Source of the DNA: Octopus sinensis
Taxonomy: Eukaryota
Direction of reading: 5' to 3'
NCBI RefSeq assembly: GCF_006345805.1
Contig: NC_042998.1
Coordinates: forward strand, 71,982,001-72,046,000
DNA: 64,000 nt
The position numbers and the translations under genes are program-made. Below the pieces are notes generated by a model. It was not told where the DNA came from and did no database searches. It worked only from the letters and a program-made list of their open reading frames with translations. Below are positions 54,454-64,000 of this stretch, piece by piece (within the stretch, counting starts at the first letter, position 1; each line of letters begins with the position of its first letter).

Positions 54454-54974
54454 AATTTAGAGGAATGGCAACTAAAGTGGTCACCCTATATGCTAAACAT
54501 AGACGTCAAATCGCCATTACCACGAAGAATAAGTTCTCAAGAAAAAATAATCTCAGCAAAACTCCAAAAAGTAAAAAATGAGCAAGACAAATGAAAACAT
54601 ACGAAATAAAAACGATTAACTACGTACCATTGATTTCACTTGTTAATATCTACGCATATAAAACACGCAGACATCTGCAAGATCATCAGCGTAGTCTGTC
54701 GCTTACAAAACACAAGTTCTGGAAATTGTGTTTTGTAAGCGACAGACTACGCTGATGATCTTGCAGATGTCTGCGTGTTTTATATGCGTAGATATTAACA
54801 AGTGAAACAAATACTGCGTAGATAATCGTTTTTATTTCGTACATTTTCATTTGTCTTGCTTAGTTTTTACATTTGCTGAGATTTTTTCTTGAGAATACAT
54901 TCTTCGTGGTAATGGTGATTCGACGTCTATGTTTAGCATATAGGGTGTGCACTTTAGTGGTCATTCCTCTAAAT
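54454..54974. repeat. ~520-bp foldback with a perfect 82-bp inner palindrome
   Basis: 54634-54715 is the exact reverse complement of 54726-54807 (10-nt loop). The outer arms are visibly diverged. Confidence 0.9.
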
Positions 54975-55199
54975 TTATATATATATAAATTTGTGCGTGT
55001 GTGTGTGTATGTGTGTGGTGTGTGTGTGTGTGTATGTATGCATAAATAAAAACCAAGGACACATACCTAATGCAATCAAGGGTCTCCAGAATTTTAAAAA
55101 ACACCCCACTCCTTCAAGTCAGTACCTCTCGGCAGACAGTGTTATTAGTAAGTTCCTCCTTTCTTCTTCCTTGTATGCCTGTCTCCATCACTTATCCCT

Positions 55200-56700
55200 T
55201 ACATCTGAGATTTTGCGAGCTCTAAAGTATGCCACATACAACTACCCATGATTGAACACTGGCTGAGGTAAGAACATTCCCACCTTCTCAAATATCTGCC
55301 CCTTTGACTTAATAGTCATGGCATATAACAAATGAAGATGAAACTGTGTTCTCTCGAAGGTGAATGGCAAGTTAAGGTCGCTTGGAGCCAGCTTTATTCT
55401 GGGGATGAAGACACGTCTGCAAATTAGTGAGCCGCTAATCAAAGAAGTCTCGATTGAATCTTGATGCTTGGATAGAAATGTTACGAAGAAGCATTACGAT
55501 TGAGCCGGGTTTTAAACTCAGTTTATGAGGCGGCATTTCTGATGGTGTCAAATAGTTTAGAAATTCAAGTGGATAGCGCTCAGCCTCAGAGGAGCATCTG
55601 TCAAAACTTTATCTGTACTATAATAGGTGCGGCAGTCACGTGGAAGTTGCCTTAAAGCTTCCTCGTTGATCAGGAGTCAGAAGTTACTCTGCTTCTTCTC
55701 TCTTCCACAGATGACTGTTGAAGATATCATCCACCAGAGACTCGTCAACGCACGAACTTTGAGGCACTTCTATGTCATCATAGATTAGGATGTTGTGGAG
55801 CTGCATATGTTCCATTGCTAAGATGCAAGAGCCTTGCTGCAAATTCCCTTTGATCTGCTGTTGCCCTGATGCTTTGGCTTAATCTGTATTGGATGAAATT
55901 CAGCCACAGAAGAAAACTTGCCTAAAATCTCCCCACAAGAGCACAGCTTTACCACCATAAATAGCAACAATGCCAGTGATATCTCGCAAAGCTTTATCAC
56001 TAGCGTGAAGAGCAAATGAAGGGAACAGAGAAGCCTCATCCAAGATGATCAAATACAGGCTTCGTAAATGATTTGAACGGTCTGAAGTGGCTGGTACATT
56101 GCAAACGCTGGCCTCCATGAGTGGGACAGGCAACTGAAACAAACGATAGATAGTCTTTCCACCTGACAGTAGTGTATAGGCAATGCCTGTCCAAGCACTA
56201 CTACACACGTCGCAGTTGTTCCTTTGCAGAAAAGACATTATGGTATTAAACATTTTTTACCACAACCTCCTGGTGCGTCTACATAGAACAGGAGTGGTTG
56301 GGCACCTCACCTCTCCTCTTCCTAACTACAGATTCAAGCACAGCATTGCATTAACTATCAGTCTCTGTTAATCAGTAAGTGTTGCAATGCCTGAGCGATC
56401 AAGGTCTGCATGATGGTCAACTTGCGGTACTCCAATCGGTTCAAGCAGCCCAATTGCTAACAAATTAATGCCATTCTCTATCAGAATTGCATCAATTTAA
56501 CGAAACTTGTAGCCAGTTTTGGTACAGTTTTCGGGGTTGGTTTCCTGTAATGAATACTACATCTGCTCACTGGTTAGGGCGGACATACATCTATCGGAAT
56601 GACGAGGTATGACACTTCTCTAAACATTCATTCTTTGAGCTAGTACTATACTGAAACAAGGGACCATGAAAGACTTCCAGCTCCAAATATACTGTAGAAG
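55200..56700 (-). mobile_element. Helitron Pif1-like helicase fragment (pseudogenised)
   Basis: PGGCGK-MFNTI, AWTGIAYTLLSGGKT, LIILDEAS, LRDITG...YGGKAVLLWGDFRQ, IPRIKL...FERTQF...AMTIKSKGQ...VGMFLPQPVFNHG. Confidence 0.85.
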
Positions 56701-59559
56701 ACGCCTATCGTCAAACGCAGAAAATACTACCACCAAAATGTCGGGCACCATGCAAACTATGGTGATTCAAACTGTGATCTAGTGACCAAGAAAATGCAGT
56801 GGCCCTGTGGCTCGAGGCTTAGCGAAGCAGGTCTATGTGGTAAAATTGCTCGGGGTCGATTTGATCCAAATCTCCAATTATTCTTTTCTTAATTATTGGA
56901 AACTATTGCAATAATTGGATGAGAGAAGGTGCTAATTGATTCACGTTAATATATTTTTCTTTCTGCTACTAGAATGTTTTATTCGCTATGCCTGTATAAT
57001 ACATACATGCAGACATACATACACACACATATATATGTAAATGTGTGTGTGTCTGTGTAATTATGTAAGTATATGTACTCATATATGTGAATGTAGGTAT
57101 GTGTATGTATGGGTATAGAGGAATATGTGTGTGCTTGTGTGTGCGAGGATTATGTAGTTGAGATGAATCAGTATTTCAAAATGATGTATAGTTAAATTAT
57201 AAATTGCAATATGTAACGGACAGCTTTTGAAGGTGTTGCCCATTCACTAATATTTATTTAACTTCATAACTTAATTCATAATTTATCTTATACCCTACCT
57301 TTTCATGTTGCATAAGTATATGTTTAAGGGTCAGTTTGCTTCTACTTGTCAAGAGTACTCGTTTTTATATTCATCATCTGTTTTATCTACGTCATGTTTG
57401 ATGTAGTGGACACTGCACATTATCTATTGTAAATAGAAGTACCACTTGGAATTGCGATAATTTAAGCTTTGGAATTGTATAATTTATTCTCCGCCGGTAC
57501 TCCACCGTAAGATTGTATTTGCATTTAAACAGTTCTCTACAGCGCAGCAATCAAAACACTTCAGAAGACACTATATCATTATTTTCACTGCAATAAGTGC
57601 TGTGAAATATGAAGATTCGCAGTTCTTATCTCATTGAATTAAGTGAGTTTATTATTCTTCAATGGTTTGTGTGTTATTTTGAATCATTAGAATTTAAACA
57701 TCTGAAGCCTTGAAATAGTTGAAATCAGTACGAAAGTGTTTGAAATATCATTCTGCTTCCTATTAGGTGTTGTCAGGATAAATATAAATGTAAACTCCAA
57801 CAATACCGGTTTCTTTATTGAGTTAAGATAAGTAGATTTTATATGAGATTTCAAGGAAGTAAAATCTAAATGCTATGATCCATATACTACATTTCAAAGT
57901 ACGGCGTTTGAAAGATTGCAGTATTATATATACAAATTGTGTCCCATCATTATATTGCTTTATAAAAAATATATAGATAAAAAAAGATGCCGTGTTTTAG
58001 ATAATATTGTTCTACTTAATGATAGAACTTTTTAATCATAAGTGAAATGTGATTGTTATTCTTTGTATGTTTTCTCTCAACGGACACTCCAAGTAACGTA
58101 TATGTAAGTTGATGTATTGTTGTGGGTAATCTAGTGGCAATGGAAGAAGCTGAAGGGCAGACAGGTATCAGAAGAGAATATCACGGAATATGGTATAAAC
58201 TGTCAATAAGTTGAACGAGCATTTAACTATTTCTAATAAATAAAATGTGTACATATCACCGTCTATGATCCCCGCTCTGACGAAATTTGAAACTATTCTA
58301 AGACACAAAAGCAGGGATAAAACCAGGCCTCTACATGTAGTTCTATTTTTCATGCTAAGCAGAGCATAAATGAAGGAAGATGCATCATGCAAGTAAGTAC
58401 TGTAATTAGCAATAAGAGATAAACTTATAAACATCCGTGAAGTAAGACGCTGAGCGGAATGGAGCCATTGTATATGTAAGAGATAAAACGTGACGTTAAG
58501 ACGTTGAGTAAAGTTCGTATTATTATTGGGTATTAGCGTAGACATTTTCCTGTTGTCCTTGTTCTTCAGTAGCTTCCGATAGATACACTTTTTGGGAATC
58601 ACTAATCTTGTACCTTACTGCATATAATGCTAAAGGAAAGAGAGTGGGAAAGAAGAGATGATACATAAATACAACCAACTTAACTGAGTTATACAGAAAA
58701 GAAAACCCAGATATCAATAACACTGGAACCCATATATACCAACTAGCTACCTCGTCACAAACCAGACGCTGTCGGCTCGAAGATGTCGACACTAAATGAG
58801 TAATGCTTAAATGATATTAACTGTATTTGCTAGTGTGTCTTCCACACAATAATTGTTTTAGTTTCAAAACAGACTCGCATCAAATCATTTGCTTGACAAT
58901 AAATAAATAAATATATAAATAAATAAATAAATAAATAAATATAATCATTGGACACAAAGTATCGGCTCGAAAAATTAGACTTACGCACACATATAGTAGA
59001 AGTAATTAAAAGTAATACTTTTAAAGCTTCATTGTTATACGTAGAGTAAATCAATTGAGTGAGCGCTGTTCGAAGGTAGAGGGTATGCCTGTTAGTGAAG
59101 GGAATATCTGTATCCAGATTAGTTGATTTTCAATTCACAGGCCTCAGATTCAGTTGGCATCTTGTGCGAATGGATCAAGTTTTTTATAATTCAGTGAATA
59201 TGATAATTTCTGATGAACTAAATATACCTGCTGCACAGAATGAGGTATACAGTTCTATGTTTGAAGGGATCCTATAAAGGTCCCTGCGACTAGAATTACA
59301 GCCTGCTGAATGCTTAAATTTTCTATGGAAATATCACACGTATTTAACGTATGGAAGGCTCTATCAACACCTCAATGTTCTCCCCTGCTATTGAGAACGG
59401 AAATCTGGCAAAAACATTGGGTCATCCCATACACAATGCGTTTTTTATACTTCTTTTATTTTTCAAAATAAAAGAGAAACAAAGTACTTTTTTAATCTAC
59501 AATATACTCTCCTTCATTTTCTACAATGCTCTGCCATCTATCTGGTAGACTTGCAAGAC

Positions 59560-60240
59560 CCCCTCTTCCAAAATTCACTTGTCCGTGACGAAAAATACTC
59601 CTCCTGTACTATTTTGACCTCGTGTAAAAAATTCATGCATTTTCACTTACGGAATAAATGAAAATCAGATGAGACAGTGTCCGGCGAATATGGAAGGCGG
59701 GGCATCGTTTCCCATTAAAACTGCTACAGCCTTTGGAATGTCATCATAATTGTATGTGGCCGAGCATTCTCCTGACGAAAGAACATCACTCGTCTTGAAA
59801 CCAAAGATGGTCTTTTTCCTTCCAGCACTAATTTAAATGACTCGTTGACCGACCAAATCCAAGATTCTCTGCTAGTTCCTCAACCGTTACGATGGAAGTT
59901 TCTTCCACTTCGAGCTGCGGATCATCCTCGACGAGTTCTACAGATGTTCCAAGGCGAGGCTCATCGTCTACGCTGTAGTTTTCGGCTGAAACACGGTTGA
60001 GACTCTCTTAGGCTTATAGTCTGATCCTCATATACTGCACTAATATTCCCCGCACTTTACGTTGCGTTTTTGCGTTTATGGAACTCATAAAGCAAAATCT
60101 GCCGAATATGCCACTTCGTCACTTTCATTATAAATTTGAAAAGATAAATGTTAAAATACAATTGCACTCTTCAAAACTTGTACTAAATATAAGGACAAGG
60201 TATAATTACTACCTGCTTTTATAGGAAGTTGATGTAGGTA
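59560..60240 (-). mobile_element. Mariner transposase remnant, internally deleted
   Basis: HIRQILLYEF, VTVEELAENLG, QENARPH and PYSPDTVSSDFHLF motifs. Confidence 0.8.
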
Positions 60241-60689
60241 GTTTATCTCGTACCCCTCCAACTTTTACTTCATGCAATTGAAAAAAACGGCATTATTTAT
60301 GGGATGATCCAATAGAAGCTAAACTTTTCTTTTTATTGGCACGGTCTCTCTGCATTCCAAGTGAATATAGTGTCACATAGTATATATATCAGGTATTGAC
60401 ACGTGTCATTCTGAAAGTGCCTCACAAAACGTAGACAAGAAAGAAAGAAATTAAAAATAAATGAAATTTAGAAATTCTAAAATCTAAATCACACGGTAAC
60501 TCCAGTTGCTATATGCTTTAGGTGTCATATCACTGAAAATGCGGGGTCATCTACAGGAGATAGTTCTGAAAACACTAAATATCTCTAATAAATTACTTAG
60601 GTACTGCAAATATAGGAAACTGTTCCACGATAAATGACAAAACAGAAAATAGACGTCATATGTAATATATTGTGAAAAATATTTATTAT

Positions 60690-60767
60690 TGTAGTAGTGG
60701 CAGTAGCAATAGTAGTTGTAGTAGTGGTAGCAGCAGCAGCAGCAGCAGCAGTAATAGTAGTAGTAGT

Positions 60768-60798
<31 letters not shown>

Positions 60799-60830
60799 CG
60801 GCAGCAGCAGCAGCAGTAGCAGCAGTAGCA
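60690..60830. repeat. (GTA)n/(GCA)n compound microsatellite
   Basis: Direct reading. Confidence 0.9.
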
Positions 60831-61462
60831 GAAATAATATTATTAATGTCTTTATCTTCATAATAATAAAGGTAAAGACTTTTCGCACTATGAATACTAG
60901 AGATAAACATATTAATAATTTCAGAAACAAAAATTGAAAAATACGATATAGAGTAAAGCAAGAATAAAAATGTATAAAATTATATGAAAAAAAAAAAACT
61001 TGTAAAAGTAACAATGGAAATGATTAATAACCCTTTTTTTCATGTAAAATTATTGGAAAGCAAATGATATATTTCATATAACGTTTTCTACAGATGTAAT
61101 ACGGCAACACAATCCACATTCTTCTTACAGAATTCTCTGTATTATATTACACTTGTTATAATTGTTTTTGAAATGTTTAAAGTTTCTTGCTTTAAGCAAT
61201 AATAAGAAAGATTATGAATTACATTATGAATGCGAAAAACTGATGTAAACGAATTCCTAAGCATGATTATTTTCTGTCATTTTCCAAACGGTCAAAAACA
61301 TTCGTATTTTCTATGTATGTGCAGTACTTCCTCTGAAAGGTGCAAATACTATACGATCTATTTAAAACAAATAGAGTTATGTCCATGTGTGTAGATAACT
61401 GTAAATTAACATGCATAAAATACATATGTGCGCACCTGTGTGTCTCTACAAAATGTATGCAT

Positions 61463-61530
<68 letters not shown>

Positions 61531-61533
<3 letters not shown>

Positions 61534-63538
61534 GAACGAAAAATCGTTAATGCTCACATGGGGATGTGGAGTATAATTCTCCAGTCGGAGAAGCGCACAG
61601 CTAACAACTTCTTAACCACCAACAACGAAATCCCACCCCTATATGGCCTTCGCAAAGATCACAAGAGCCACACGGACCATATACTTGGGCCACCCACCCG
61701 ACCCGTTTGTGGTGCCAACAATGCAAACAACCACAAAATATCATACTTTCTCTCACAATTCCTACGACCGTTAATAGAACTATCTGCGGATGTATGTGAC
61801 AGTACTGAGGACCTCCTTAGCAGGATCCGCGAATGCAACAACACGTGTGACCTCAAGAACCACATCGTGGGTAGCATGGATGTGGTATCACTATACCCCT
61901 CCATCGATATAGACTTGCTGTCGATAAATGTATAGAAATAGGTAGTGAGAGTGGTATGATATTTAAGAATGTGGATGTATATGAACTAGGGCTCTTCCTG
62001 GCCCTGACGTGTACCAATGAATACCTGTCGCGCAATAACCTTCTATATGCTTGTCCCACCCGTAACAAACACGGTAGACCACCTACCATTACCTCGGCTT
62101 ACAGGAAGACTCACTGTGAGCGCTGGCAGGGATGGACAAAGCCGGACTACCCACCCTCAAGTGCACACGATATTAGAACCACCATCGCACATGCTATCGG
62201 TGTCAGCCTGAGATTTACGCTAAAAACACATATTTTTAAATTTGACAACAAACTGTATAAGCAACGAAAGGCGGTGCTATTGGAGTGGGGATCGCCGGTG
62301 ACGTTGCTAACCTTTTCATGGTATGGTGGGACAAGCGTTTTAAACAGTGCCTAGCAACCGTAACATCCACTTGGCTATGTACTCTCGTTACGTCGACGAC
62401 ATTAACCTTGTTGTGAAATGTATAAGACACAGTTATGGGCCCTCTACCAAGTGAAGAACAGGTGATGACATCTATACAACACATAGCTGAATCTATCCAC
62501 AGCAGTATAAAACTTACCATAGACTACCCCTCTAAACACCCCAGTAAACGATTACCCGTCCTAGATACTGAGCTATGGATGGAAGACGCTATGGTTAATG
62601 GTACCATTAAACCATGTATACTCCACTCACACTATCAGAAACCGATGGCTAATCCACTAGTAATCCGTAGTGACTCAGCTATGTCGGATACTGCCAAACT
62701 CAACATCCTAGTGGCAGACTTAGTTAGAGTAATGAGGAATGTATCACCACTATGCCAACCACAAGAACGACAACAACACATCCAGCACTACATATTCCGA
62801 ATGCAACGCTCCGGATACACACAAGACGATAGAGTCAGGGTGTACAAAGGAGCGAAAGCTAGATTCGAACGCATTTAGGGAACGACGAAAACGGTATATG
62901 CCCCTGTACCGCAACAAGTTCTGGAATAGGTTAGAGAGGGACACAACAAAAAGATGAGAAACGTTACTTGGTACGATAACAGATTTCACGGAGTGATGTT
63001 CGTTGACGCCACACCTAAGAACGAGCTAAGTAAGGCATTCAAGAAAGTCCTGCGCACTACGGGCCTAAAAGTTAAAGTTGTAGAAAAGACATGTAGGACT
63101 ATCAAATCGGCATTATGCAGATCATATCCATTTGATAGAATCACCTGTCAGAGTAATTGTGCAGTATGTTCGACAAATCCACACGTAAATTGTAAAACCA
63201 AGGGCACTGTATACCAGATTAAGTGCCAGGAGGGAGCTTGCGCGGCAAACCCAGAGTCATACATAGGTGAGACCTCTAGAAGCATCAATGATAGGTTCAA
63301 AGAACACCTGGACAACTACATTGAAAGGAAGCCAAACTCCATCTTCTACCAACATGCTGTAGACTGCCACAAGGGATCCTTAGGGGAGCCTAAGTTGAAC
63401 ATCCTATCAACACATCCCACCGATGCAATGTTGAGACAGGTCACAGAAGCTGTTTGTATACAAGAATACAAACCTACTCTCAACCGAAAGTCCGAATGGA
63501 ATAACATCCAGATCCCATTCAGAAGGACTATTCTATAA
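61531..63538 (+). mobile_element. PLE RT + GIY-YIG ORF, 5'-truncated at (TA)n, six frameshifts
   Basis: PLYGLRKDHK, RPVCGA, SMDVVSLYPSI, KQ-KGGAIG, YSRYVDD (62389-62400), LPVLD, YQKPMA, FVDATP, Cys linker, VYQIKC...YIGETSR...R..EH, EAVCIQEYKPTLN. Stop at 63538. Confidence 0.9.
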
Positions 63539-64000
63539 CCACCCCTCTCTCTCTCTCTCCCTTTCACCTGTAGTCCTTACATACAGGTTGCAATGCGTAT
63601 GTGCAGTTATATACAACGGTATGAGCAGACGTTGTTTGATACGAACAGTTGCACCTAGGCGTTGTATCCATTCACGGTTAGACGATGATGAGAGGAACAA
63701 ACACACACCCACACACACACATATGTATATATATGTGTGTGCGTCTATACAAACATATATGTAAATATGTATACAACCTTCAGCAAAGTAACAGTCATGT
63801 ACACAACTTGGACGGACACATGCCAGTACACGGACATACGTTCACATACACATACACATGTACACACTCTCACGGACACATCTGCCCACTCTCCTAGACA
63901 CTCACATACATACGTAGCACATGAATACAAACATACATACATACCTACGTATGGGCATACACACGTACATACTCACGTACATGTACGCACACACATACAT

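Noticed and set aside
58285-58318. ctgacga-aattt-gaaac-tatt-cta as a hammerhead
   Set aside because: Essentially no stem II and stem III does not pair.
62450-62957. In-frame TGA codons in the PLE as possible selenocysteine (reported for some Naiad PLEs)
   Set aside because: Both TGAs (~62452, 62955) lie just after frameshift points in the wrong frame, not at Cys positions. No convincing SECIS downstream.

Overview
AT-rich, microsatellite-dense eukaryotic DNA. The SINE families and repeat landscape suggest an octopus (cephalopod) genome; this is inference and no database search was run. One host gene is supported: a minus-strand, multi-exon gene encoding a spongin/short-chain collagen C4-like (collagen IV NC1-related) domain. 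The last two exons (38063-37986, 37518-36983) are solid. Two upstream exons (52541-52378, 44818-44779) are inferred from splice signals and phase. The joined protein is about 270 aa, with an N-terminal hydrophobic anchor, two KR sites and no Gly-X-Y helix. The rest is mostly mobile DNA: Penelope-like elements (PLEs) of at least two kinds, including a near-complete but frameshifted RT+GIY-YIG ORF at 61531-63538; several minimal hammerhead-ribozyme (HHR) motifs of PLE type; tRNA-derived SINE families; RTE and Tx1/L1 LINE fragments; Tc1/mariner remnants and MITEs; a Helitron helicase fragment; and several long foldback palindromes. Most ORFs in the supplied track are microsatellite artefacts. I found no convincing wholly new system. 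The best leads are the collagen-less NC1 gene model, the HHR set, the frameshift-only PLE and the palindromes. Repeat boundaries are approximate (tens of bp) unless stated exactly.
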